A stretch of 64,000 bases of DNA from NCBI GenBank assembly GCA_963558895.1, contig CAUWIK010000004.1, positions 32,966 to 96,965 of the forward strand, in the 5' to 3' direction. This DNA is from an uncultured Chlamydiaceae bacterium (GTDB taxonomy: Bacteria > Chlamydiota > Chlamydiia > Chlamydiales > Chlamydiaceae). The notes under the pieces are model-generated. The model saw nothing but the letters and a program-made list of their open reading frames with translations. It searched no databases and was not told where the DNA came from. Below, one piece after another: positions 1 through 10,944 of the stretch; the first letter of the stretch is position 1; each line of letters begins with the position of its first letter. Made by a program: the position numbers and the translations under genes.

Positions 1-445
1 GTGTACTGGTTTTTGCTAAATCAGGTTCAAAATCAAAAGAAGTATCTTCTTGACAAAGTGTTTTTAGTATAATTTGATTGTGTTGGTTTTTTAGAAGTAC
101 TTTAGCTTTAATGGAAAGACGACCTTCATTAGATACAAGAAAAATATCTTTTTTGGGTGTTGGTTTTTCTGTAGGAGAGTAAGAAAACCCTATATTTTCA
201 GAGTTATAATCTACCAAAGAAATGCATAACTGGTGTGTAGAACAATTATTAGCTAAAGAAGTTAATATATTGTATTGAGCTAAAGAGCGAATGATTGCGG
301 AACGAATAGTGTCCAAGTTATCATTTTCTATTTCTGGAATATGGATTATTAAGGCAGTTTTATTAATAGAAGAAGGTAACTGATAAGAACAACTTGTTAA
401 GCAGAAAGAAAAGAAATAAAATAATAGAAAATTAATCCTATTCAT
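1..445 (-). CDS. putative lipoprotein, LptE-like (C-terminus lies beyond the window edge)
   Basis: Not in the ORF track because it runs off the edge. The reverse-strand ATG at 445-443 gives MNRINFLLFYFFSFCLTSCSYQLPSSINKTALIIHIPEIEND..., a signal peptide plus lipobox L-T-S-C. The C-x-Y-Q-L after the lipobox Cys and the following pattern resemble LptE (E. coli CGWHLR). It overlaps the upstream TPR gene by 8 nt. The functional call is tentative. Confidence 0.5.
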   Translation of the reverse strand, partial: MNRINFLLFYFFSFCLTSCSYQLPSSINKTALIIHIPEIENDNLDTIRSAIIRSLAQYNILTSLANNCSTHQLCISLVDYNSENIGFSYSPTEKPTPKKDIFLVSNEGRLSIKAKVLLKNQHNQIILKTLCQEDTSFDFEPDLAKTST

Positions 446-1394
446 TTTTGGTTTTAATGGATTGTAGCTGCTTTTTACTATCTTGGGCTGCTTTAGTATT
501 TGGATAATTGCGAATGCTGGTTTCAAAATAAATTTTAGCAGCTTCTTTTTTCTTTTTCTTTTGGTAAAAAATGCCTGTTTTAAAAAGATTAGAAGCGTAA
601 TGTTCTTTCATTTTATTAATATTTGCTTCAATAGGATTAAGTTCTTCACAAATAGAAAATCTTGTAGTAGCTAATTCCTGATTAAGAAGGGCTAAAGAAA
701 GATAATTAGTATTTTGAGCTTCTGATAAACTTTGTTTTAAATAAATTTCAGAAATTTCAATAAAAGAACTTAAACAAAGAGGATGTTGAGGAAATTGTTT
801 AGTAAAATCTTGAAAAGTTTTTAAGGCTTCATCTAGAGATTTCTTTTTCTTTAACAATAACGCTTTAGAAAATAAAGCTTTAGCAGCCAAATTTTTATCA
901 CCTACGATAGAGCATACTTCATCATAAATTTTGTAAGCATCAGAAGTTGAGTTTTCTATACGAGGAAGTCCTTCTAATCCATTAAGATGCTTGCGGTATC
1001 CTTGAGCATATTTTTCTGCAATACTGTATTTTAAATTTAAAGTAAGTTGAAAGTTTTCTTTATTAGGAGATTGCGTTAAATATTCAGATAGAGAAGCATT
1101 TGCTAAATCATATTGATTTAATAGAAAAAAACATTGACCAATAGCTAATAAAGAATCTTGATAGTGAACACTATTTTTAAAATGATGTGTAATCATAAGA
1201 AAACAGGGCAAAGCTTTTTGATATTTTTTTTCTTTTAGCCATTGCATTCCAGAGTTAAAGTACTGGCTATCTGTTTTTTTGGGTTGAAATTTGTTAGAAG
1301 ACCAATAATTTTTGAAAGTTTGATATGGGAAAGCTTCTAAATTAAAAGAAAACAAAGAAAAAAAAGATAGAAATGTAAATATAAATCTATACAC
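438..1394 (-). CDS. TPR-repeat protein with N-terminal signal sequence (BamD/YbgF-like)
   Basis: 318-aa ORF with a hydrophobic N-terminus (FIFTFLSFFSLFSF) and repeated TPR-like helices (YQKALPCFLMI..., YDLANASLSEYL..., AAKIYFETSIRNYPNTKAA). Function is inferred from repeat type only. Confidence 0.65.
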   Translation of the reverse strand: MYRFIFTFLSFFSLFSFNLEAFPYQTFKNYWSSNKFQPKKTDSQYFNSGMQWLKEKKYQKALPCFLMITHHFKNSVHYQDSLLAIGQCFFLLNQYDLANASLSEYLTQSPNKENFQLTLNLKYSIAEKYAQGYRKHLNGLEGLPRIENSTSDAYKIYDEVCSIVGDKNLAAKALFSKALLLKKKKSLDEALKTFQDFTKQFPQHPLCLSSFIEISEIYLKQSLSEAQNTNYLSLALLNQELATTRFSICEELNPIEANINKMKEHYASNLFKTGIFYQKKKKKEAAKIYFETSIRNYPNTKAAQDSKKQLQSIKTKNE

Positions 1395-1536
1395 GTTAAT
1401 TTCTTATAAAAACATATTAAAGAATTCATATTAACAGACTCTTTATTTTGTAAAAATATCTTTTTTATCATTAATTGATTTTTTATCTTGGATTGCTAAT
1501 ATAAAAATTATCTTAAAAAAATATATTATTGAGCAG

Positions 1537-2430
1537 ATGAAAAAATTTTTTTTAATAATCTTTGTTTCCTTAGGATTATTTAGTACTCTTGCTTATCTTT
1601 ATGAAACAGTTCCTGCTGTTCGTTCTTTTGTAAAAAGTAGTGTAAAAAAGGCTTCTACATCTACTCTTAAGACTAAAAAATTGATTAGGAAAGGATTGGC
1701 TTTTAATAAAATTTCTACTCTTGAAGCTAATTTTTTTCCTGAAGAAATTATTAGAACAAATAAAGAATTGCTTATTGCTTGTACTCATGGAACATTGTCG
1801 ACTCCTCAGCTTATGTTTTTTCCTTACTTGTTGTTAGATGTAAAGTTTTCTCAGGGAGGTATTTTTAAATCCGATACTAATGAAGGTTTTGTTTTGTGGA
1901 GTTTAGTTGATGGAGAAATGGTATTAGATACATCTACGTGGGAACGTTCTAAAGGTTTTGAAGACTGTTTGATATTTTCTGCAAATAAAGAAAATTTTAA
2001 AATTTTAAAGACTCTTTCTTTTTTAGGAGGAGTTGCTTCTAGAGAAAATTTATATTCTATATTAGGAGAATCAAAAAAGAAAGTCGATGCTTGGATTAGT
2101 GATTGTTGTTATAAAAATTTAGTTACAACTAATGGAAGTAAAGTAAGATTACATTTTAAACATCCTAAACTGGAAATAAGACCTTATACTGAATTTAAAC
2201 ATCCTATAGTGTCTTATAAAATACCGAAAAATATAAAAATTAAACATCAAGAATATTCGCCTGCTCAAGTTAAGGAAATAGCATATTTAGCTTTTGGCCC
2301 TGATTTTGTCATTAGAAGAGAAAAAAAAATTTTTATTCCCGTATATGAGTTAACAATAGTTAATCCAGATGGTTCTATTTGGGTAAGTTATTGGAATGCT
2401 ATAAATAATAAACGGTTAGACATTAGTTAA
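1537..2430 (+). CDS. hypothetical membrane-anchored protein
   Basis: 297-aa ORF with one N-terminal TM segment (FFLIIFVSLGLFSTLAYL). No family recognised. It converges on dnaE with a 15-nt overlap. Confidence 0.65.
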   Translation: MKKFFLIIFVSLGLFSTLAYLYETVPAVRSFVKSSVKKASTSTLKTKKLIRKGLAFNKISTLEANFFPEEIIRTNKELLIACTHGTLSTPQLMFFPYLLLDVKFSQGGIFKSDTNEGFVLWSLVDGEMVLDTSTWERSKGFEDCLIFSANKENFKILKTLSFLGGVASRENLYSILGESKKKVDAWISDCCYKNLVTTNGSKVRLHFKHPKLEIRPYTEFKHPIVSYKIPKNIKIKHQEYSPAQVKEIAYLAFGPDFVIRREKKIFIPVYELTIVNPDGSIWVSYWNAINNKRLDIS

Positions 2431-5400
2431 GGAATAATTAATACTGGGAAAAAGAGATGTAAGTTCTTCAAAAAATGTGTTTGTTGTATCAACTGTCAAA
2501 TTATTTCCAACGTGGATAATTCCTAAATGATTACCTTTAAGTGTAAAGGATAACTTTATTGAAGTAGGACCTCTTTGTTGTTCAAAAAATGATTTAAGTT
2601 TTAAGATATGTGAAAATTTTATTTTTTCGGTATTAAGAGTAATTTCAAGTAATGGCTTTTGTTTAATAGGTTTTTTTGTGGACATTTTTTTTCCTGCCAT
2701 ATGTTTTTTTTCATCTAATTGAAGAAAAGGAGAATTGGCTAATTTAATTTTAACTTTATCATATATTTCATCACATTTAATTAAGGTTTCTTCATTTATA
2801 GTTGTAAGGTTTTCCATCCACTTACAAGATAATTTTAATTGTTGCTCTCTTTTATCTATAACTAAAATAGCATAAACTAATTGATTCTCTTCTAATAAAC
2901 TGGAATATTTTGAAAAAAGTTCGGGCCAAATGGGCAACTCATAAAAATCAACGCCGTCACTAATTCTAAGTATTGCAAATTTTCTTTGATCTCGAGAAGA
3001 CAACTTAATGATAACGTTATCTATAATAAAGGCAACTCTTACTACTGATCCATGAGGCATTGTTGGAAATAAAGAAAAAGATACACAAGATAAACGCGTT
3101 AAAATAGTTTTATAACTATCTAATGGATGCTCTGTTAGATAAACTCCTAAGAGTTCCTTTTCTTTTTGGAAGAGTTCTTTATTTGTACGATTAATGATTT
3201 TTTCAGGAATAGATGTCATAGGAATATTTTGAATATCATTATCTTTAATTAAGGGAAAAAAAGTTAGAATTCCGGAAGCAGCTTCCTGTTGGTCTGCAAG
3301 TACTCTATCATAAATTGAATTAAAAATAGTTCTTAATTTATCTCTTGTTTTTCCTGTATAATTAAAACATCCTGCATCGATTAAACTTTCAATAATTTTT
3401 TTTCCTATTTTTTTTAATTGAATTCTTTGAACAAAATCGTAAAAATCTTTAAAAAAACCATTTTTTTTACGTTCTTCAATAATACTTTCAACGATACCAT
3501 GACCAATACCCTTAATACAAGTCATAGCAAATCTAATGCCTGCGTCTGTTGGAAAAAAACAAGCTTCTGATTCGTTGATATCTGGAGGTAAGATAGGAAT
3601 ATTTAAAGTTGTTGATTCATGAATAATTTTTGCTACTTTGTCAATATCATTTTGATCACATGTAAGTAAAGCTGCTAACCATTCTTTGCAATAATTTGCT
3701 TTTAAAAATGCTGTTATGTAAGTAATTAATCCGTATGCAGCAGCATGAGATTTATTAAAGCCATAAGAGGCAAATTTTTCCATTTTATCAAATATAGCAG
3801 TAGACAACTCTCTACTAATTTTATTTTCTAAAGCTCGATTACAAAATTTTTCTCGTTCTTTTTTCATTTGTTCCGAGTCTTTTTTTCCCATAGCTCTGCG
3901 TAAAACGTCTCCTTCTCCAAGGGAGTAGTTAGCCATTGTTTGTGCTATTTGCATAACTTGTTCTTGATAAACCATGATACCATATGTCTCTTTAAGAATA
4001 TTTTCCATTAAAGGATGATCATATTCTATAATTTCTCGCCCATGTTTTCTGTTTATAAAAGTTGGAATCATGTCCATAGGTCCTGGACGATATAGAGCAC
4101 CAATAGCTATAATTTCTTCAAATTTATCTGGTAATAACTGCCTAGACAACTCTTGCATTCCTGATGATTCCATTTGAAATACACCCAAAGTCCTTCCTTG
4201 TTGTAATAGTTCAAATGTTTTAATATCATCTAATGGACAGTTCATCCAGTCTAAAAAATTACCTGTACGTTGTTCAATAAATTTAACAGCAAGATGGATA
4301 GTTGTAAGTGTTTTTAATCCGAGAAAATCCATTTTTAGCATACCAACCATTTCTACTGGTTTCATGGAATATTGAGTAGTTCTCATAGATGTTTCTTTAG
4401 GCATGCATATTGGAATTCTTTCCATTAAAGGATCTCCACAAATAATGATTCCTGCAGCATGAACACCTGTATTTCTAATAGATCCTTCTAATTTTAAGGC
4501 TAAATCAATTACAGTTTTAGCATCATCATTTGTGCTATAAATATTTTGAAGGTCTGAATCAATTTCTAGGGCTTTTTTTAAGGAAAGAATTTGATCAGGA
4601 ATATACTTGGTAATTAAATTTACTTGAGAAAGAGGGACGTTTAAAACTCGACCAACGTCTTTAACAGCCATTTTAGCTTTCATAGTGCCAAAAGTAATAA
4701 TTTGAGCTACATTAGCTGCTCCATATTTTTGTATTGTATAATTAATGACGCGTTCCCTTCCTTCCATACAGATGTCTATATCAATATCGGGATAAGACAA
4801 TCTTTCTGGATTAATAAAACGTTCAAAGAATAAGTCAAAACGAAGTGGTTCTACATTTGTAATATTAATTAAAAACAATATAACAGATCCGGCTCCTGAA
4901 CCCCTTCCAGGTCCAATAGGAATATTTTGACTTTTAGCCCAGTTGATAATATCCCAAACGATTAAAAGATAATCAGTCATTCCTTTGGAAATGATTATAT
5001 CTAGTTCCCAATTTAAGCGATTGTTAATTAGAGTAATAGGATCTTCATTAGGAAATTTTTGAGCGAGTTCCTCGAGTCGTTTTTGAGTGTATTTTTGCTT
5101 AAGTCCTTCTTGACAAAGCTGTTTCAGATATTCAGAAGAAGCATTATAACGTTCTTGTTCATTAGATAGCTTATTAGTATCAAATCCTGGAGGGATATAA
5201 ATAGGATAATGTTTTAAAGAAAAATCAAAAGAGACTAGACATTTTTCAGCAACTTCTAATGTTGTACTAATTGCTTCTGGGTAATCAGCAAAAAGTTGGT
5301 TCATTTCTTCTGGGGATTTAAAGTAAAATTCTCTACTTTTATAAATTTTTCTTTTTGGATTTGGGACATATGTATTATTTGTAGCTATACGTAATGTTTC

Positions 5401-6138
5401 TCCAGATTGAATATTTAATAAGATTTCATGACATAACCAGTCTTCTTTTTTGAGATAATGGATATCATTAGTAGCGACGTATTTTATTTGATATCTTTTT
5501 GCTATTTTAAACAGAGCTTCATTAACAATATTTTGTTTTTCACTAAAAAGAGAATACTCTTGACGAACCCATTCTTCTGAAATGGAATTTAATGTTTCTT
5601 CTGATACGGGATGCTTTTGAATTTCTAAATAAAAATCATCTTTAAATATTTCTTTGAACCATAGAGTTTCTTTAATTAATGCATCTTCTGAAATTAAAGC
5701 ATTATGACCAATCGAACTGAATAAAGATCCAGATAAGCAAATAAGACCTTCACTATATTGTTCTAATAATTTTTTATCTATTCTTGGATAGTAATAAAAT
5801 CCCTCTAGAAAGCCTAAAGAAGATAAATGACAGAGATTTCTATATCCTAGAGAATTTTTACATAGTAAGACAATATGATAAGCTTTAACAGAATTTTTAT
5901 CTTTTTTCTTTTCAAATCTAGATCCGGGAGCGAGATAAAGTTCTGCTCCAAGAATTGGGTGAATATTTTGAGATTTACATTCTTTGTAAAAATCAATAGC
6001 ACCATACATATTTCCATGGTCTGTTAAAGCTAAAGAAGGAATTTTATATTCTTTAGCTTGTTTTACAAGGTCAAAAATTGAGATAGATGCGTCTAAAATA
6101 GAATATTGGGAATGGCAATGTAAAGGAATCCATGTCAT
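2416..6138 (-). CDS. dnaE: DNA polymerase III alpha subunit
   Basis: 1240 aa. N-terminal PHP domain (IPLHCHSQYSILDA, LALTDHGNMYG), polymerase core (GPGRGSGAGS, PDIDIDI) and a C-terminal OB region. Confidence 0.97.
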   Translation of the reverse strand: MTWIPLHCHSQYSILDASISIFDLVKQAKEYKIPSLALTDHGNMYGAIDFYKECKSQNIHPILGAELYLAPGSRFEKKKDKNSVKAYHIVLLCKNSLGYRNLCHLSSLGFLEGFYYYPRIDKKLLEQYSEGLICLSGSLFSSIGHNALISEDALIKETLWFKEIFKDDFYLEIQKHPVSEETLNSISEEWVRQEYSLFSEKQNIVNEALFKIAKRYQIKYVATNDIHYLKKEDWLCHEILLNIQSGETLRIATNNTYVPNPKRKIYKSREFYFKSPEEMNQLFADYPEAISTTLEVAEKCLVSFDFSLKHYPIYIPPGFDTNKLSNEQERYNASSEYLKQLCQEGLKQKYTQKRLEELAQKFPNEDPITLINNRLNWELDIIISKGMTDYLLIVWDIINWAKSQNIPIGPGRGSGAGSVILFLINITNVEPLRFDLFFERFINPERLSYPDIDIDICMEGRERVINYTIQKYGAANVAQIITFGTMKAKMAVKDVGRVLNVPLSQVNLITKYIPDQILSLKKALEIDSDLQNIYSTNDDAKTVIDLALKLEGSIRNTGVHAAGIIICGDPLMERIPICMPKETSMRTTQYSMKPVEMVGMLKMDFLGLKTLTTIHLAVKFIEQRTGNFLDWMNCPLDDIKTFELLQQGRTLGVFQMESSGMQELSRQLLPDKFEEIIAIGALYRPGPMDMIPTFINRKHGREIIEYDHPLMENILKETYGIMVYQEQVMQIAQTMANYSLGEGDVLRRAMGKKDSEQMKKEREKFCNRALENKISRELSTAIFDKMEKFASYGFNKSHAAAYGLITYITAFLKANYCKEWLAALLTCDQNDIDKVAKIIHESTTLNIPILPPDINESEACFFPTDAGIRFAMTCIKGIGHGIVESIIEERKKNGFFKDFYDFVQRIQLKKIGKKIIESLIDAGCFNYTGKTRDKLRTIFNSIYDRVLADQQEAASGILTFFPLIKDNDIQNIPMTSIPEKIINRTNKELFQKEKELLGVYLTEHPLDSYKTILTRLSCVSFSLFPTMPHGSVVRVAFIIDNVIIKLSSRDQRKFAILRISDGVDFYELPIWPELFSKYSSLLEENQLVYAILVIDKREQQLKLSCKWMENLTTINEETLIKCDEIYDKVKIKLANSPFLQLDEKKHMAGKKMSTKKPIKQKPLLEITLNTEKIKFSHILKLKSFFEQQRGPTSIKLSFTLKGNHLGIIHVGNNLTVDTTNTFFEELTSLFPSINYSLTNV

Positions 6139-6149
6139 ATATAAATAAT

Positions 6150-7517
6150 TTACTTTGTTTTAGATAGTGAAATTGGTTTCGCATTCCATGTTGGGAGAAA
6201 TAAAAGAATAGAAATAATTCCACAAATACTTAATGTGATAAAATAACCTTTCCACCCCCAATCTTGAGCAATTTTTCCTAAAGGATAACCTGCAGCAGCA
6301 GCGCCAAAATATGCAAACCATCCCGCAAAGCCACTAGCTGTTCCAGCAGCTTTTTTGTGAGCTAATTCAGCAGCAGCTAACCCTATTAACATTTGTGGTC
6401 CGAATAAGAAAAAGCCTATAAAGAAGAGGAGTGTTCCATCTACAAAGATACTAGTATTAGAATAAAGGGAAAAAATAATGATGGAAATTAACATTCCTAA
6501 AGAAAATAGTACGTTAGCAGGACCTCTCTTCCCTCCGGAAATCTTATCTGATAACCATCCTGCGGCTAGCATTCCAAAGAGACCTCCTAACTCGAAGATG
6601 GATACACATAAATTTGCTTTTAAAACAGTATATTGTTTTGTTTCTATTAGAAAAAGAGCACTCCAATCGTTAATTGCCATTCGAATAACATAAATAAAGA
6701 AAGAAGCTATAGCTAATAACCAAATCCATTTATTAGTTAAAACATGATCCCAAAGAATTTGTTTAGTAGATAATTCTTTTTCTTCTTCTTCTTGATTAGA
6801 ATTTTTTTGTATGTCGGTAGTTGGATAGTCGTTTTTAAACTTTTCTATTGGAGGTAATCCTAAAGATTGAGGAGTATCTCTTAACCTGTTTATTAAAATA
6901 ATCCCCATACCAATACATAAAATTCCTGGCAAATACATGGCTCCTCTCCACCCAAAGAATTGGATTGCATAGGCCATAATAATTGGAATTAGGAAACCTC
7001 CAATATTATGAGAAGTACTCCAAAAACTCCACCAAACTCCTCTTTCAGATTGTGAATACCAGTGTGTTAGCAGTCTTGCGCAAGGAGGCCATCCCCATCC
7101 TTGAAACCAACCATTTATTCCCCAGAATATTGCAAATAACCACAAAGATGAAGACATTCCAAAAAAGATGTTTGTTAAGCCTGTAATGATTAGTCCTAAA
7201 GACATAAAATATCTAGGATTAGATTGGTCGGACATGATTCCGCTAACAAATTTACTAATTCCATAAGTAATGTAGAGAATGCTTCCTAGAAAGCCCAATT
7301 CAGCTTTGTCAAAACCTAAATTGGACATTAGAGCAGGCATAGCAAAAGTAAAGCTTTTTCTAGTAAAATAATAAAAAATATAACCAATAAACATCGAATA
7401 AAAAATCCGAATACGCCAGTAGTTATATTTTTTTTTGATAATGATGGGATTAGTAATTTCTTTAATATGAGGAGCAGGTTTTAGAAAGTCAGGTAATATA
7501 TTCATCAATAAAACCAT
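6150..7517 (-). CDS. uhpC: MFS sugar-phosphate/phosphate antiporter (hexose-phosphate transporter UhpC-like)
   Basis: 455 aa with 12 predicted TM segments. Organophosphate:Pi antiporter signatures (YYFTRKSF, SDQSNPRYF, GWFQGWGWPPCARLLTHWY). Sits next to dnaE as in Chlamydia. Confidence 0.88.
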   Translation of the reverse strand: MVLLMNILPDFLKPAPHIKEITNPIIIKKKYNYWRIRIFYSMFIGYIFYYFTRKSFTFAMPALMSNLGFDKAELGFLGSILYITYGISKFVSGIMSDQSNPRYFMSLGLIITGLTNIFFGMSSSLWLFAIFWGINGWFQGWGWPPCARLLTHWYSQSERGVWWSFWSTSHNIGGFLIPIIMAYAIQFFGWRGAMYLPGILCIGMGIILINRLRDTPQSLGLPPIEKFKNDYPTTDIQKNSNQEEEEKELSTKQILWDHVLTNKWIWLLAIASFFIYVIRMAINDWSALFLIETKQYTVLKANLCVSIFELGGLFGMLAAGWLSDKISGGKRGPANVLFSLGMLISIIIFSLYSNTSIFVDGTLLFFIGFFLFGPQMLIGLAAAELAHKKAAGTASGFAGWFAYFGAAAAGYPLGKIAQDWGWKGYFITLSICGIISILLFLPTWNAKPISLSKTK

Positions 7518-7907
7518 TATGCAATTAAATGTTTTAAGTCATCGTAGCATATAGGGCTATAAAAATCATCAATCTTTCTAATCAAGATATTGTACAAGAA
7601 GGATATTTGTGATATAAATAGCTCCTTATGAGAATTATGTTTTTACTTATGTTTTTTTTGAAAAAAAGATTCATTGTTTACTTATTATTAACGATTGGTT
7701 TGTATAGTTTTTATAATATGTTTATAAAAATTAATTGTTATTTATCATATTTGAAATATATGGAAAAAGATGTACAAAAAAAGAATTTGGATCAGCAAAT
7801 AATAGAACCTTTATTTTTAGATCAATCTATTAAGCATTTAGTTTAATCTTCTTTTGCTCTTAATTTCTTATTTTTTTATTCTACGTTTTCTAAAAAAAAT
7901 GATTATT

Positions 7908-9197
7908 ATGAAAAGTTCTTTAGTTAAAGGTGTTTTTGATGTTTTCCCTTTTGCTTATAAAGGAGATAATCCTTGGCAAAGTGTAGAATATTGGGTTTAT
8001 TTGGAAAAAGTTATAAGAAAAATTTGTCAGTTAAATGGTTTTTTTGAGATTAGAACTCCTAACTTTGAGTATTCAAAATTGTTTAATTCTTTAGGGGAAT
8101 ACAGTGATGTAGTTTCAAAAGAAATGTATACTTTTTTGGATAAAAAAGGAAGATCATTAACTTTAAGACCAGAGGGAACAGCACCTGTTATACGAGCTTT
8201 TGTTCAACATAAGTTGTATGAAAAAAGCAAAAATTCTAAGTTATTTTATATACTTCCAATGTTTCGGTATGAGCGACAGCAAAATGGACGTTACCGACAA
8301 CATCATCAGTTTGGAGCAGAGGTGATAGGAGAAAAGAATCCTTATAAAGATGCAGAGCTAATTTTAATGCTTCATCAATTATATCGGTCTTTAAATATAG
8401 AACATGTTTATTTTGAGCTTAATTGCTTAGGAGATTTAGAAACTAGGGAAAATTATGTAAAAAAATTAAAACAATTTTTTCAATCACATTTTTCTGAATT
8501 GTCTTCCTTAAGTCAGGACAGGCTGTGTCATAATCCGTTGAGAATTCTTGATTCAAAAGAAAAAGAGGATAAGGAAATTATTAAAGAAGCGCCTTCAATT
8601 TTCCCTTTTCTAAAAGAAGAAGCATTGGAATATTTTGAAAAAGTTCTGAAAATATTAAAATCTAATAATGTTATTTGTTTTAAAAATGATCATTTAGTAA
8701 GAGGACTTGATTATTATACAGATCTTGTTTTTGAGGTAAATGTTAAAAAAAATTCTCAGACTTCTCTTGCTTTGGGAGGAGGAGGTAGATATGACGGTTT
8801 AGTTTCTCATTTGGGAGGACCTAAATTATCAGCTTGTGGTTTTGGAACTGGTTTGGAAAGAATTATTCAATGTATAATCCAACAGAATAAAGAACCCCAA
8901 ATTACTCATCCTATTTGTTTAAGGTTTCTTCCATTAGGAGTTACAGCTCAAGAGAAAAGTCTTATGTTAAAACAATCTTTAGTTCAAGAAAACATTCCTG
9001 TAGAAGTTGATTGGTCGGGTAAAGGATTGAAGTTTATGTTGAGTGAAGCTTCCAAAGATAATATTCCTTTTGTTTGTATTTTGGGAGATGAAGAATTGAA
9101 GACGGGTCAATTAACAATAAAAAATATGAGAGAACATGAAATAATAAAATGTTCGGAAGAAGAATTAAAAAAAAGGTTAGTTGTTTATGAAATATAG
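7908..9197 (+). CDS. hisS: histidine--tRNA ligase
   Basis: Class II aaRS motifs (LRPEGTAPV, FRYERQQNGRYRQHHQFGAE, GGGRYDGL). The ORF track start at 7854 adds a hydrophobic extension, so an internal ATG (7899 or 7908) is more likely. Confidence 0.94.
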   Translation: MKSSLVKGVFDVFPFAYKGDNPWQSVEYWVYLEKVIRKICQLNGFFEIRTPNFEYSKLFNSLGEYSDVVSKEMYTFLDKKGRSLTLRPEGTAPVIRAFVQHKLYEKSKNSKLFYILPMFRYERQQNGRYRQHHQFGAEVIGEKNPYKDAELILMLHQLYRSLNIEHVYFELNCLGDLETRENYVKKLKQFFQSHFSELSSLSQDRLCHNPLRILDSKEKEDKEIIKEAPSIFPFLKEEALEYFEKVLKILKSNNVICFKNDHLVRGLDYYTDLVFEVNVKKNSQTSLALGGGGRYDGLVSHLGGPKLSACGFGTGLERIIQCIIQQNKEPQITHPICLRFLPLGVTAQEKSLMLKQSLVQENIPVEVDWSGKGLKFMLSEASKDNIPFVCILGDEELKTGQLTIKNMREHEIIKCSEEELKKRLVVYEI

Positions 9198-10944
9198 AAC
9201 GCATTCTTGTGGAGAACTTTCTTTGTTCCATGAAGGACAGAATGTAAAATTATCTGGATGGGTTCATCGTTATAGAGATCATGGTGGAGTTATTTTTATA
9301 GATCTTAGAGATCGTTTTGGTATTACACAAATTGTTTGTCGTTCTGAAGAGAATAGTGAATTATTGTATAACATGTCAGAATTGCGTTCTGAATGGGTTA
9401 TTTCTGTAGAAGGTGTGGTTTGTAGACGATCTTTTGGTATGGAAAATAATAAAATTTCAACAGGAGAAATAGAAGTTAATGTTGAAAATTTGTGGGTTTT
9501 ATCAAAAGCTAAGGTGCCTCCTTTTTCAATTTGTGATGAACAAATACATGTAAATGAGGATTTACGATTACGTTATCGTTATCTAGATATGCGTCGAGGA
9601 GAGTTATTAAATAATCTTTTAATTAGACATCAGCTTGTATTATCTATTCGAAATTTTTTGGATTCTCAAGGTTTTACAGAAGTAGTTACTCCTGTTTTAG
9701 GAAAATCTACGCCAGAAGGAGCTAGAGATTATTTAGTCCCATCTAGAATATATCCTGGGCAGTTTTATGCTTTGCCTCAGTCGCCTCAGTTATTTAAGCA
9801 ATTATTAATGATAGGAGGATTGGATAAATATTTTCAAATAGCAACTTGTTTTAGAGATGAAGATTTGAGAGCTGATCGACAACCTGAATTTTCTCAAATT
9901 GATATAGAATTAAGTTTTGTTAATAGTGATTTTTTATTTGATTTAGTTGAAAATTTAGTAAAAAATATTTTTGAAAAAATGAAACTTAAAATTAATATTC
10001 CTTTTCAAAAAATGACTTACGATTTTGCTGTTGAAAATTATGGTACGGATAAACCAGATTTGCGATTTGATTTATTATTAAAAGATTGTTCTGAGATTGC
10101 AAAAAAATTTACTTTTTCTGTATTTCTAAGCCAAATAGCTAATGGAGGGGTTGTTAAAGGATTTAAAATTCCTCAAGGAGCCAATATATCACGCAAAAAA
10201 ATAGATGAGTATACAAATTTTGTAAAAAATTTTGGTGCTCAAGGTTTAGTATGGTTACGTTGGCAAAACAATGAGATCTCTTCGAATGTTACTAAGTTTG
10301 CAACGGAAGAAATTTTTAAAGAAATCCAGCAATTTTTTGAAGTAAATGATGGAGATGCTGTATTTTTAATTGCATCCCAAGTTAAAATAGTACATCAAGC
10401 ACTAGATAATTTACGGAGGTTAGTAGCTAAAGAAAGACAATTATATGATAGCAATGATTATAAATTTGTTTGGATTACGGAATTTCCTTTGTTTAGTTTG
10501 AATGAAAATGAAATTGTTTCGGAACATCATCCTTTTACAGCGCCTTGTGAGGAAGATTTGGATTTATTAGAGTTAGATCCTTTGAAAGTTCGTTCTTCTA
10601 GTTATGATTTAGTCTTAAATGGTTTTGAAATTGCTTCTGGATCAGAGAGAATTTATAATAATATGTTGCAAAAACGTATTTTTTCTATTCTTGGCTTGTC
10701 CGATACTGATATAAAAGAAAAATTTGGTTTTTTTGTTGAAGCTTTGCAGTATGGAACTCCTCCACATTTGGGTATTGCTTTAGGATTAGATCGTTTGATC
10801 ATGATTTTAACAAATACAACTAGTATTCGAGATGTAATAGCTTTTCCAAAAACGCAAAAAGCTGCAGATGTTATGACTGGAGCACCGGATGTTGTTTTAG
10901 AACAACAATTAAAAGATTTAAGTATTAATGTGAGGAACATATGA
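9187..10944 (+). CDS. aspS: aspartate--tRNA ligase
   Basis: OB fold followed by a class IIb core (FRDEDLRADRQPEFSQIDIE, GLDRLIM). ATG at 9187 is preferred to the TTG at 9181. Overlaps the hisS end. Confidence 0.95.
   Translation: MKYRTHSCGELSLFHEGQNVKLSGWVHRYRDHGGVIFIDLRDRFGITQIVCRSEENSELLYNMSELRSEWVISVEGVVCRRSFGMENNKISTGEIEVNVENLWVLSKAKVPPFSICDEQIHVNEDLRLRYRYLDMRRGELLNNLLIRHQLVLSIRNFLDSQGFTEVVTPVLGKSTPEGARDYLVPSRIYPGQFYALPQSPQLFKQLLMIGGLDKYFQIATCFRDEDLRADRQPEFSQIDIELSFVNSDFLFDLVENLVKNIFEKMKLKINIPFQKMTYDFAVENYGTDKPDLRFDLLLKDCSEIAKKFTFSVFLSQIANGGVVKGFKIPQGANISRKKIDEYTNFVKNFGAQGLVWLRWQNNEISSNVTKFATEEIFKEIQQFFEVNDGDAVFLIASQVKIVHQALDNLRRLVAKERQLYDSNDYKFVWITEFPLFSLNENEIVSEHHPFTAPCEEDLDLLELDPLKVRSSSYDLVLNGFEIASGSERIYNNMLQKRIFSILGLSDTDIKEKFGFFVEALQYGTPPHLGIALGLDRLIMILTNTTSIRDVIAFPKTQKAADVMTGAPDVVLEQQLKDLSINVRNI

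Noticed and set aside
7628-7846. 72-aa hydrophobic ORF in the 390-nt uhpC-hisS divergent spacer
   Set aside because: No ribosome binding site, Phe/Leu/Tyr/Lys-rich composition expected from translating AT-rich spacer, and no motif. More likely a promoter region for the two divergent genes. A small membrane protein cannot be fully excluded without expression data.
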